64,000 nt of DNA. Source: an uncultured Candidatus Marinamargulisbacteria bacterium. Its GTDB lineage: Bacteria; Margulisbacteria; Riflemargulisbacteria; GWF2-35-9; DYQY01. Below are positions 1 to 9,104 of the stretch, one piece after another. The notes beneath the pieces are model-generated. The model worked only from the letters and a program-made list of their open reading frames with translations. It searched no databases and was not told where the DNA came from. The position numbers and the translations under genes are program-made. The stretch covers positions 34,555 through 98,554 of the forward strand of contig CAZXTL010000003.1 in the NCBI GenBank assembly GCA_964643725.1. Direction: 5' to 3'. Numbering within the stretch: the stretch's first letter is position 1; each line of letters starts with the position of its first letter.

Positions 1-50
1 TACCTCAAATTATCATAGGTTAAACATTGATGAAATTTAATATGATTAGC

Positions 51-97
51 CTCTCTCCCGACCTCTCTCCTAAATTTTAAATTTTGGAGAGAGGAGG
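51..97. repeat. REP-like hairpin (CCTCTCTCC...GGAGAGAGG) left of DUF559 gene
   Basis: cctctctcc (62-70) pairs with ggagagagg (86-94); inverted near-copy at 481-513. Confidence 0.75.
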
Positions 98-112
98 TAT
101 AATTTAAACATT

Positions 113-469
113 ATGGTTGAAGTATCTAAAATTGTTAAAGCACTTAGACTTAATCAAACAAAAGCAGAAGAAATTCTTTGGGAACAGTTAAGGGCAAATA
201 AGATAGGTATTAAAATAAAAAGGCAAGTTCCAATATTTATAAACATTGAGGGTATTAATAAAATGTTTGTTGTTGATTTTTGTAGTAAAAAAGAAAAATT
301 AATAATTGAGGTAGATGGAGATTATCATAATTTCATTAAAGAAGAAGATAAATTTAGAGATGAATCATTTGTGAAAAATAACTACGTTGTTCTTCGTTTT
401 ACAAATAATCAAGTTTATAATAATCTCGATGAAGTTATAAGTAGTATTGTAGATGCTATAAAGCAATAA
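113..469 (+). CDS. DUF559 / Vsr-like PD-(D/E)XK endonuclease domain protein
   Basis: LRLNQTKAEEILWEQLR, RQVPI, VDFC, LIIEVDGDYH, VLRFTN motifs typical of DUF559. Confidence 0.85.
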   Translation: MVEVSKIVKALRLNQTKAEEILWEQLRANKIGIKIKRQVPIFINIEGINKMFVVDFCSKKEKLIIEVDGDYHNFIKEEDKFRDESFVKNNYVVLRFTNNQVYNNLDEVISSIVDAIKQ

Positions 470-480
470 TAGTGATTAAA

Positions 481-513
481 CTCTCTCAAAATTTGCAAAA
501 ATTTAGGAGAGAG
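481..513. repeat. REP-like hairpin right of DUF559 gene, inverted relative to 62-94
   Basis: ctctctcaaaatttgcaaaaatttaggagagag vs reverse complement of 62-94 cctctctccaaaatttaaaatttaggagagagg. Confidence 0.75.
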
Positions 514-549
514 TGGCGACAAAAAAATATTTTAGAATAAGATAGTATG

Positions 550-3021
550 TTACGCCGAGAGAGGTTCGAATAAACTTAATTGTTCAATAATCTTTTTTTT
601 AGATTTGGTTAGAGATATTTCTTCTTCTTCTAAGTGTGAGAGGATATTATTAGCATCTTCAATGACTTTAGCAGGGAGTCCTGCAAGCTGAGCAACGTGT
701 ATGCCATAGCTTTTTTCTGCATGGCCAGCGACTACTTTATAGCTAAAGCGTATAGTCCCATTTTCTTCTAGAACAGCAACATTCATGTTTTTAATTTCTT
801 TATATTTATCTGCTAAAGAAGTCATTTCGTGATAATGGGTGGCAAAAACAGTTTTTGCTTTGGTTTCTTTTATAATGAATTTAGCAATAGAAGCAGCAAT
901 GCTTAGTCCATCATAGGTAGATGTTCCTCTGCCTATTTCATCAAGAATAATAAACGACTTTTCAGTTGCACTATTTAGAATATTCGCTGTTTCTAGCATC
1001 TCTACCATAAATGTGCTTTTACCTTCAAAGAGGTTATCACTAGCACCAATTCTAGCGAAGATTTTATCAGTAAGGCAGATATCAGCTTTTTTCGCAGGTA
1101 TAAACGAACCTACTTGAGCCATGATTAAGTTAAGTGCTATTTGTCGCATATAGGTGGATTTACCTGCCATATTAGGTCCAGTAAGCAAAATAAACGGTTT
1201 CTTTCCTTGTTCAATAAGTACGTCATTTGGTGTAAATGTTGAGCTGTAGGTGTTTTTTTCAATTACTGGATGTCTGCATTCAATTATGCTTATTCTTCCT
1301 TCATCGTTGAAGGTTGGCTTGGAGTAATTGTTTTCTTTTGCTGTGAGTGCAAAGCAAGCTAAACAATCAATTTTGGCAAGTTTTTCAGCTATTATTGTTA
1401 GGATGTTTTGATATTTTTCAATATAGGAAATCACGTCATCAAATATCTCAGTTTCTTTGCGAATCATCATTTCGTCAGCATGTAAGATGAAATCCTCTTT
1501 TTCTTTTAGTTCAGGGGTATAGTATCTCTCAGAATTAACTAAAGTTTGTTTTCTAATAAAATTTTCAGGTATTAAATGTAGGTTAGATTTTGTGACATCA
1601 AGGTAGTAACCGAAGGCCCTTGTATATTTAATTTTTAATGTTCGTATACCAGTTTCTTCTTTAAGTTTATTCTCATAATTAAGAAACCATGTTTTATTAT
1701 TTTTTACTTCTATCCTAATAGTATCTAATTCTTCGGAACAACCATTTTTAATAAATCCACCATGTTGAAGAATAACCGGTGGTTCCTCAACTATTGTTTT
1801 TTCTATTAAATCAGCAATATTAGAAGTATCTTGAAGCCACTCTTGAGGAAAGAGGATATAGTCTGAAAGTTGTTCTTGAATATTCGTTAAATTTATTACG
1901 ATTTTAGGTAGGATGGTAAGGGAATTCTTAAAAGAAATAAGATCTTTAGGATTAGCTTTATGATTGCTTATTTTAGCGGTTAATCTTTCTATGTCATAAA
2001 TAGAATCTAAGTCACTACGTATCTCGTTAAGGGATTTGAAATCATTATAAAAGTACTCTGTTATATCAGCTCTTTTTCTTATCTCATCAAGATCAGAAAG
2101 AGGTCTAATTAACCATTTCTTTAGGCATCTAGATCCCATTGCTGTCTTAGTATTATCCATTACCCAGTAAAGAGATCCTTTTTTGTCTTGGTTATGGATT
2201 GATTTAACAACCTCTAAATTGTTTAAAGTAATGCTATTTAGAAATAAAGTATTTTCTAAGCAGTAGTATTTAGGTTTTTGTATACTTGAGGTATTTTTTT
2301 TGCTTTTAATAAGATAGGTTAGGATTGTGGCAATGGAGTGAATAGCAGATGGATAGTCTTCTAAGCCTAGAGATTCTAATGAAAATATCTTATATGTTTC
2401 TTTACAGATATTAATAGATTTTTCTAAGGAGAAAGAGTCAGTAATTGTTACATAGTTAGTTTCTTTGTATTTTAAGGGGTCAATAGTCGTTGGAATAAGC
2501 AGCTCCCTAGGTGATATCCTTTCAATTTCATTTAAAAATAGTTCTTCGGAAGAAGTTTCTGTGAAATAAAACTCTCCAGTGGACACGTCACAATACGCAA
2601 CACTATATGTCGCCTTAATGGTATTTATATCGATTGATGCTAAGAAGTTATTGTCAGTAGAGCTAAGCAAAGTTTCTTCAATAATTGTCCCTGGGCTGAT
2701 TACTTCAACAACTTCTCTTTTGGTGATACCTTTGCTTTCAGATGCATCTTCGGTTTGTTCACAGATAGCTACTTTTATATTATTTTTTAGTAGTTTAGGT
2801 AGGTAGTTATTTAGTGCATGGTAAGGAATTCCGCACATAGGAATTTTATTGTCATATTGATCTTTCCCTCTTGCTGTTAGCGTTAGACCTAAGACACGAG
2901 AGGCTTTATATGAATCTTCAAAAAACATTTCATAAAAGTCACCTAATCTGAACAATAGGAGACAATCGTCGTATTTCGACTTAATCTCTTGATACTGTTG
3001 CATCATTGGGGTTAAAGACAT
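550..3021 (-). CDS. mutS: DNA mismatch repair protein MutS
   Basis: TPMMQQY...FRLGDFYEMF N-terminus; TGPNMAGKST Walker A; STFMVEM, DEIGRGTST, SYGIHVA. Confidence 0.98.
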   Translation of the reverse strand: MSLTPMMQQYQEIKSKYDDCLLLFRLGDFYEMFFEDSYKASRVLGLTLTARGKDQYDNKIPMCGIPYHALNNYLPKLLKNNIKVAICEQTEDASESKGITKREVVEVISPGTIIEETLLSSTDNNFLASIDINTIKATYSVAYCDVSTGEFYFTETSSEELFLNEIERISPRELLIPTTIDPLKYKETNYVTITDSFSLEKSINICKETYKIFSLESLGLEDYPSAIHSIATILTYLIKSKKNTSSIQKPKYYCLENTLFLNSITLNNLEVVKSIHNQDKKGSLYWVMDNTKTAMGSRCLKKWLIRPLSDLDEIRKRADITEYFYNDFKSLNEIRSDLDSIYDIERLTAKISNHKANPKDLISFKNSLTILPKIVINLTNIQEQLSDYILFPQEWLQDTSNIADLIEKTIVEEPPVILQHGGFIKNGCSEELDTIRIEVKNNKTWFLNYENKLKEETGIRTLKIKYTRAFGYYLDVTKSNLHLIPENFIRKQTLVNSERYYTPELKEKEDFILHADEMMIRKETEIFDDVISYIEKYQNILTIIAEKLAKIDCLACFALTAKENNYSKPTFNDEGRISIIECRHPVIEKNTYSSTFTPNDVLIEQGKKPFILLTGPNMAGKSTYMRQIALNLIMAQVGSFIPAKKADICLTDKIFARIGASDNLFEGKSTFMVEMLETANILNSATEKSFIILDEIGRGTSTYDGLSIAASIAKFIIKETKAKTVFATHYHEMTSLADKYKEIKNMNVAVLEENGTIRFSYKVVAGHAEKSYGIHVAQLAGLPAKVIEDANNILSHLEEEEISLTKSKKKIIEQLSLFEPLSA

Positions 3022-3022
3022 G

Positions 3023-5389
3023 CTAACCGAAGATCAGATCTAGCTTTGTAATGCTTTCTACTATCTTTTTAAACTCTTGGTTAACAGTTTCTTCTTCCAG
3101 TGTTTTTTCTGGGTCTTGGAAGATAAGCTGAACTGCGAAGTTGATTTTATCGTCACCATACTTTTTGCCATCATAAATATCAACTAATATTATATCCTTT
3201 AAATATGTTGATTTTGCTTTGTTAATTGTTTGAACAATTTGTTCATAAGTAACATTTTTGTCGATCCAAAAAGATAGGTCTCTTCTAACAGTAGGATATA
3301 GTGAAAACTTCTTGTATTTTTTCTTATCGCTTTTAAATTTATTGATAATTTCAGGCATTATTTCGATAAAATATAGTTTATTTTTAATGCCATATTGCTT
3401 AGTAATATCAGGATGAACTTCACCAAAAACTGCTAATGCATCCTTACCTATGCTTGCCTTTGCTGATTTTCCTGGGTGAAGAAATTCATAGATATCATTT
3501 GTGTAATATTTCGGTTGTTTAATACCTAAGAAGGAGAGAACCTCCTCACATATTCCTTTTACTTCTGAGAAGCTGAAGTTCGATATGTTTTTTGTAGTAG
3601 ATGTTTTATTTGGAGAGGAAGAAAATAATGCTCCAGCATGTAATTCTTCTTTTACTAGTTCATTTTCTGAATAATATATTTTCCCAATTTCAAAGGTATT
3701 TAAATCGTTTACCAGGTGACGATTGTTGTAATCATAATTTTTAATTAAAGATACAAAAAGGTTGGTTCTTAAAACTGATTCTGAAGATGTTAAAGGATTC
3801 TTCATTACTAGAGGTTTTTTGTTTACAGTTGATGGGTGCTCATCAGGAGATACCATAGAATATGATACAATTTCCGAATTGCCTTTTAAGGTAAAGAATT
3901 CTCTTATTTTTTTGTTAATTTCAAAGAAAGATAAATCAGTTGGTTGTTCAAAGTTTGTTATAGCTGGTAGCTTTAATTCAATATTATTATATCCATATAT
4001 TCTTCCAATTTCTTCAATAATATCAGCTTCTCTATTAACTTCTGCTGCTCTCCATGATGGTACTGTAATAATGTCATTCTTAACGTGAAATCCAAGTCTA
4101 GTTAAGATGTTTATCATATCAGCTTTGGATATTTCAGTGCCAAGTAGAGAATTAACTCTGTCTGGTCTAAGTTGAAGTGTAACTGTTTGTGGCTCTTTGT
4201 CATACACATCACAGATATCTGAGGCCACATAGCCACCACATATTTCTAGGATTAACTTTATGGCTCTTTTAAAAGAGAATTCTACATTCTGGAAATCAAC
4301 ACCTTTTTCGAAACGTTGAGAAGCTTCAGTCCTAATACCTTTCAGGAAAGATGATTTACGAATATTACTTGGGTCAAAACTTGCTGATTCAAGAATAATG
4401 TCAGTTGTATCTTCATGAATTGCAGATTCAAATCCTCCGATTATTCCAGCAAGAGCAACTGGACCATTTTTATCTGTAATTACTAAATCTTTTTCTGTTA
4501 ATTCGATTTTTTGGTCGTTCAGTGCTTTTATGGTTTCACCATTATTTGCTCTTCTAACAATAATTGTTGAGTCTTTTACTTTTTCGTAAGAGAAGGCATG
4601 CAGTGGTTGACCACATTCATAGAGAACATAGTTAGTAATATCAACAATATTGCTTATTGGTTTAATGTTTACTTGTTTAAGTTTCTTTTGCATCCATTCT
4701 GGTGAGGGTGCTACTTTAATTCCTTTAATTACTACACCCATATATCTAGCACATAAGTCCGAAGCTTCGTTTACTACTTTTAGAGGTGCATCATGTTTTG
4801 TTTTATCTGTATAGTTAATGTCTATTTCTTTAGTCTTTTTGCTGAAAATGGCAGATATCTCTCTAGCAAGGCCTTTGATGCTTAATAAATCACCACGATT
4901 AGGTGTTATTGATACATCAAGTAACTGGTCATTCATTTGTAAATAATCTGCAATAGGTGTTCCAGCAGTTGGATTATCCTTTAAAATCATAATTCCTTTA
5001 GCTTCATCGGAAAGTCCAAGTTCTGTTTCTGAACAAAGCATTCCATTACTGTCTATTCCTCTTAACTTAGAGTTTTTTATCTGAACTCCGTTTGGAAGGT
5101 CTGCTCCATCAAGTGCAACTGGAATAATAGCTCCTTCAAAGACGTTTGTTGCTCCAGTTACGATTTGATATTGCTTCGTGCCAGTATTTACCTGACAAAC
5201 AACTAGCTTATCAGCATCAGGATGTTTATCTATTTTTGTTATTTTACCTACTACAACGTAATCGAATTTCTTTTTCTGGTTAATTATTTCATCGATTTCA
5301 CAGCTATGTTCAATAAGCTTTTCAGCTATAGTGTTTACATCTTCATTTATATCAATTAATTCTTTTAGCCAGTTGATAGGTAATAACAT
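3023..5389 (-). CDS. pheT: Phenylalanine--tRNA ligase beta subunit
   Basis: HPDADKL, TPNRGDLLS, RFEKGVD, EEIGRIYGY, RRDLSF; directly downstream of pheS. Confidence 0.97.
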   Translation of the reverse strand: MLLPINWLKELIDINEDVNTIAEKLIEHSCEIDEIINQKKKFDYVVVGKITKIDKHPDADKLVVCQVNTGTKQYQIVTGATNVFEGAIIPVALDGADLPNGVQIKNSKLRGIDSNGMLCSETELGLSDEAKGIMILKDNPTAGTPIADYLQMNDQLLDVSITPNRGDLLSIKGLAREISAIFSKKTKEIDINYTDKTKHDAPLKVVNEASDLCARYMGVVIKGIKVAPSPEWMQKKLKQVNIKPISNIVDITNYVLYECGQPLHAFSYEKVKDSTIIVRRANNGETIKALNDQKIELTEKDLVITDKNGPVALAGIIGGFESAIHEDTTDIILESASFDPSNIRKSSFLKGIRTEASQRFEKGVDFQNVEFSFKRAIKLILEICGGYVASDICDVYDKEPQTVTLQLRPDRVNSLLGTEISKADMINILTRLGFHVKNDIITVPSWRAAEVNREADIIEEIGRIYGYNNIELKLPAITNFEQPTDLSFFEINKKIREFFTLKGNSEIVSYSMVSPDEHPSTVNKKPLVMKNPLTSSESVLRTNLFVSLIKNYDYNNRHLVNDLNTFEIGKIYYSENELVKEELHAGALFSSSPNKTSTTKNISNFSFSEVKGICEEVLSFLGIKQPKYYTNDIYEFLHPGKSAKASIGKDALAVFGEVHPDITKQYGIKNKLYFIEIMPEIINKFKSDKKKYKKFSLYPTVRRDLSFWIDKNVTYEQIVQTINKAKSTYLKDIILVDIYDGKKYGDDKINFAVQLIFQDPEKTLEEETVNQEFKKIVESITKLDLIFG

Positions 5390-6411
5390 TAGAATTGCTC
5401 CAGAAAGTAGGCGTGATTATCATAATAAAGCTTAATATTATCAATTCCGTATTTAAGCATTGCTAGTCTTTCTACTCCCATTCCAAAAGCAAATCCAGAG
5501 TATATTTCAGGGTCTACATTTACGTTTTTAAGTACGTTAGGATCAACCATGCCAGCACCAAGAACTTCTAACCATCCAGTTTGTTTGCAAACACCACAAC
5601 CTTTACCACCGCAAATAACGCACTGAACATCAACCTCAACACTTGGTTCAGTAAAAGGGAAGTAGCTTGGACGAAGACGAATATTGGTGTCTTTTAAGAA
5701 GAATCTTTGAGTAAAATATTGTAGTGTGGCCTTAAGGTTAGCAAATGAAACATTCTTATCTACGTATAGTCCTTCAATTTGATGAAAAACAGGTGAATGA
5801 GAAACATCAGAATCACTTCTAAATACTTTTCCTGGCATAATAACTTTTACAGGCGGAGCCATTTTTTTCATAACATGAATTTGAACATTAGAGGTGTGCG
5901 TTCTTAATAGATGGTTTTCTTTGGTGTCTAAGTAGAAAGTATCGTGCATGTCTCTAGATGGATGATCGTGAGGGAAATTCAATGCTTCAAAGTTAAAGAA
6001 GTCAGTTTCGACTTCCGGGCCTTCTGCAACAACAAATCCAAGTTCTTTAAATATTTTTTCTGCTTCGTAGATAACTTGGGTTATTGGATGTAATGAACCC
6101 GTTTTTGTTTTTTGAGCTGGAAGGGAAAAGTCAGCTTTTTCAGCAAGTAATTGCTTATTTACTTGTGCTTTATTAAGTTGTGCTATTTTTGCTTCAATTT
6201 GAGAGTTTATGCTGTCTCTAAGTTGGTTTAAAAGTGGGCCAAAGGTTTTTTTGTCTTCTATGGAAAGATCCTTCATTCCTTTGAGTAGTTCAGTAATCGT
6301 ACCTTTTTTGCCAAGTAAGTCTACTCTAAGTTTATCTGCTGTTTCCAAATCTAAACAATGTTGAATAGAGGAAGCAAAGTTATTTTTTATAGTCTCTACC
6401 TGTTTGTGCAT
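5389..6411 (-). CDS. pheS: Phenylalanine--tRNA ligase alpha subunit
   Basis: HPSRDMHDTFY, LLRTHTS, FHQIEG, YFPFTEPS, GFAFGMGVERL. Confidence 0.98.
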   Translation of the reverse strand: MHKQVETIKNNFASSIQHCLDLETADKLRVDLLGKKGTITELLKGMKDLSIEDKKTFGPLLNQLRDSINSQIEAKIAQLNKAQVNKQLLAEKADFSLPAQKTKTGSLHPITQVIYEAEKIFKELGFVVAEGPEVETDFFNFEALNFPHDHPSRDMHDTFYLDTKENHLLRTHTSNVQIHVMKKMAPPVKVIMPGKVFRSDSDVSHSPVFHQIEGLYVDKNVSFANLKATLQYFTQRFFLKDTNIRLRPSYFPFTEPSVEVDVQCVICGGKGCGVCKQTGWLEVLGAGMVDPNVLKNVNVDPEIYSGFAFGMGVERLAMLKYGIDNIKLYYDNHAYFLEQF

Positions 6412-6442
6412 TAATATTCCTATTAGTGAAAAGATGAATTTA

Positions 6443-6471
6443 ATTATAAGAGAAAGAGTATTTTATAGCAA
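6443..6471 (-). promoter_or_regulatory. sigma70-type promoter for pheS-pheT-mutS
   Basis: TTGCTA-N17-TATAAT on minus strand about 30 nt above pheS start. Confidence 0.7.
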
Positions 6472-6480
6472 CACTAAACA

Positions 6481-6860
6481 CACCCCCTAACCCCCTCTCC
6501 AGTCTTCGCTGACACTTCGACTCCGCTCAGTGACCGCTACGCCTTGGCAAGCAAGAGGGGGGATAAAACTCTCTCAGTTAGTCTTCACTTCGAGTACCTC
6601 AGTACCCGCTTCCTCCAGATATAATGGCACTGTGCGGGAAGAGCTTTAGATGAAGTTAGCGAATGGAACGTGGAAAAATCAGGACGATTTTTCAGGACAA
6701 CTGAGCCAGGACAGGCGAATTTGTCCGTTAGTGGAATTAGCTTTACGAAATCTTAGCTCTGGAGCTTCATGTGCCTAGCGGATTGTTAAGGTCGGCGATG
6801 AGACCTTAACTTAAAGAATTAGAAAGTCTCCTTTCACAAATCCAGTGTTCGTAACACTAA
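6481..6860. repeat. GC-richer intergenic mosaic of nested hairpin repeats including scaffold shared with 18880-19047
   Basis: Multiple inverted repeats; 6802-6860 matches reverse complement of 18880-18937 with 4 mismatches and 1 indel. Confidence 0.75.
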
Positions 6861-6931
6861 AAAGAAATTATATATATAAAGTAAACTTAGTTAAAGTTGA
6901 CTATCAAGCCATTACATACTATATTTCATTT

Positions 6932-7675
6932 ATGATACAACAAAAAACAATTATAGAGCCAACTTACAATGATGATGAAATTGATATAGTTGAACTACTT
7001 AAAGTTATTTTTAAGTATTGGATGTTGATTGTTTCAATTACTGCCACAGCAACAATTATAGCTATTATTGTTGCAACTCTTTCGACTCCAATTTATAAGG
7101 CAGATGTAAAGTTCTTTATTCCACAGCAAGACAAATCAGCTCTTTCAGGATACATGTCAGCAATTAGTAGCTTAGGGTTGGGTGGCCTTGGCGGTGGTAA
7201 TTCTTCTTCAGAGGTTGTTCTTAATTTGATAAATTCAAAAAGAATGGCCAAAGATATTGTCGTTAAATTTGACCTTGTTAAAGTTTACCAAGAACGTAAT
7301 AGTCAGAAGAAGATTGCGTATGATAATAATGTTCAAGAAAATATGTTATATAGTGCTATTAATCAATTGAAGGGGAGTTTGAGCGTTAATAGTGATAAGT
7401 CTGGTCTAATTACTTTAGCAATAGAAGATAGGAATCCTCAGTTAGCAGCAGATATTGCCAACTATATGATACAAAATATTGATGTTATGAACGAGGAGCT
7501 TAAGCTGAGCTCTCAAAAACCAATGGTTACTGTGCTTGATCCAGCAGAGAAACCACTTGTAAAGGCTAAACCAAATAAGAAAATGTTTGTTGTTGTTGGA
7601 TTTATCACAGGTTCAGTGTTGTCTGTTTTTCTCTCTTTTGTAATAGAATACTTAGTTAAAGCATTTAAACGATAA
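6932..7675 (+). CDS. Wzz/GNVR-type polysaccharide chain-length determinant family protein
   Basis: DDEIDIVELLKVI start, two TM segments, VLDPAEKP...KPNKK before C-terminal TM; start moved to ATG 6932. Confidence 0.8.
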   Translation: MIQQKTIIEPTYNDDEIDIVELLKVIFKYWMLIVSITATATIIAIIVATLSTPIYKADVKFFIPQQDKSALSGYMSAISSLGLGGLGGGNSSSEVVLNLINSKRMAKDIVVKFDLVKVYQERNSQKKIAYDNNVQENMLYSAINQLKGSLSVNSDKSGLITLAIEDRNPQLAADIANYMIQNIDVMNEELKLSSQKPMVTVLDPAEKPLVKAKPNKKMFVVVGFITGSVLSVFLSFVIEYLVKAFKR

Positions 7676-7683
7676 AGTTCTTT

Positions 7684-8370
7684 ATGGAAGAAGAGCTCGT
7701 TCGTATTCAAAAGTATTTTTCCAACCAGAACATTTTATCTAGAAGGAAAACTGAAGAGTATATTCAAAAAGGGTGGATCCTTCTTAATGGTTCCGTAGTA
7801 ACAGATTTGGGTACCAAGATTAATCCACTAAAAGACAAAGTAGAAATATCTCCATTAGCAGATAAAGTTGAATATACATATTTGTTATTTAATAAACCAT
7901 GGGGCGTTTTTACTAATTGTCCTGAAGAAGGTTGTGAGGAGATAACAGACTTACTGCCAAAAGAGTATCGTCATTTAAATAGTGTTGGAAGACTAGATAA
8001 AGATTCGGAAGGATTAATTTTAATGACGGATGACGGAACAGTTGCTAATCATTTTCTTAACTCTGGAATCGAACATGAAAGAGAGTATGAAGTAACTATT
8101 GATACAGTACTTACTCAAGGAATGATTGATAAATTAGAAATGGGAATTAGGATGATGGATATCATTACCAAACCATCTAAAGTTAACGCTTTTTCTAAAC
8201 AAAGATTTACTATCACTTTATCAGAAGGGAAGAATCGACAAATCAGAAGAATGTTAAGAAAGGTTGGAGCTAATGTGATTAAGCTAACTAGAATTAGTTT
8301 TGCTGGTTTAAAGCTAGGCGACCTTCGTTCTGGTGATTTTAGACTTATTAATAAATCTGATTTAATGTAA
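7684..8370 (+). CDS. rRNA pseudouridine synthase (RsuA/RluB family) with S4 domain
   Basis: SRRKTEE S4 domain, NKPWG, VGRLDKDSEGL, EGKNRQIRRM. Confidence 0.92.
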   Translation: MEEELVRIQKYFSNQNILSRRKTEEYIQKGWILLNGSVVTDLGTKINPLKDKVEISPLADKVEYTYLLFNKPWGVFTNCPEEGCEEITDLLPKEYRHLNSVGRLDKDSEGLILMTDDGTVANHFLNSGIEHEREYEVTIDTVLTQGMIDKLEMGIRMMDIITKPSKVNAFSKQRFTITLSEGKNRQIRRMLRKVGANVIKLTRISFAGLKLGDLRSGDFRLINKSDLM

Positions 8371-8379
8371 TATATAGTT

Positions 8380-9087
8380 ATGCAAATAGAAAAAAGACCT
8401 TTTGGGGCTGTTCGAGTTTTCTCTTATATTATTAACGCCTTACTTTTTTTGATTTTGGCGGTATATTTTTTTGATTTTGTAATAAAGTATTTTAATTTTT
8501 TAAATTATTTTTCACCAATTTTAATACAGTATTATGCTGCAATGGTTCCTATTGATTTGATTGCTTTTAGTTTTGATTTTTTTATTATTTATTTTTTATT
8601 TTCAGCAAGAAAAGTTATTTCTGATAGAGTCTTAAGTGGTGCAGGTAAGCTTAATTCAGCGATTTTGTCAGCATTTTTTGTCTATTTATTAAAATTCATT
8701 TTCTTAAATATTTTTGTATATTTAAAATTTATGCCAACTGTTAATGACCTTCATTTTTATCTTTTATATAAGGCTTTTTTTGTAAGGTTAATTGTTTTCT
8801 TTGTGGTTTATTTAATATATTCAATGCTTTTAGAATATTCAAAGAGCGTTAAATGGTATTTTGGTAATAATTATAAGGGTTTCTATCAATTGAAAGATAG
8901 TTTTTATTTTCCTTTTTCAAGATATCTTAAAGTTTTAGGTAAATTATTTATGGTTATTGTAATCTTTTTTGCTTTTCTGGTTTTGCCTATTGTCTTACTG
9001 GAAGTTAAACTGATTATCAGCTTACTGTTTGGCCTCTGTTCTTTGTATTTATTGTTTTTCAAAAATAGGCAAAAACTAAAAAAGTAG
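8380..9087 (+). CDS. Hypothetical multi-pass membrane protein
   Basis: 235-aa ORF with about 6 hydrophobic segments, 9 nt after preceding gene. Confidence 0.6.
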   Translation: MQIEKRPFGAVRVFSYIINALLFLILAVYFFDFVIKYFNFLNYFSPILIQYYAAMVPIDLIAFSFDFFIIYFLFSARKVISDRVLSGAGKLNSAILSAFFVYLLKFIFLNIFVYLKFMPTVNDLHFYLLYKAFFVRLIVFFVVYLIYSMLLEYSKSVKWYFGNNYKGFYQLKDSFYFPFSRYLKVLGKLFMVIVIFFAFLVLPIVLLEVKLIISLLFGLCSLYLLFFKNRQKLKK

Positions 9088-9104
9088 TTATAAGCTTTTT
9101 GGTA

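Noticed and set aside
6412-6860. T-box leader for pheS
   Set aside because: No T-box consensus or antiterminator on the minus strand, and a good promoter lies only about 30 nt above the start.
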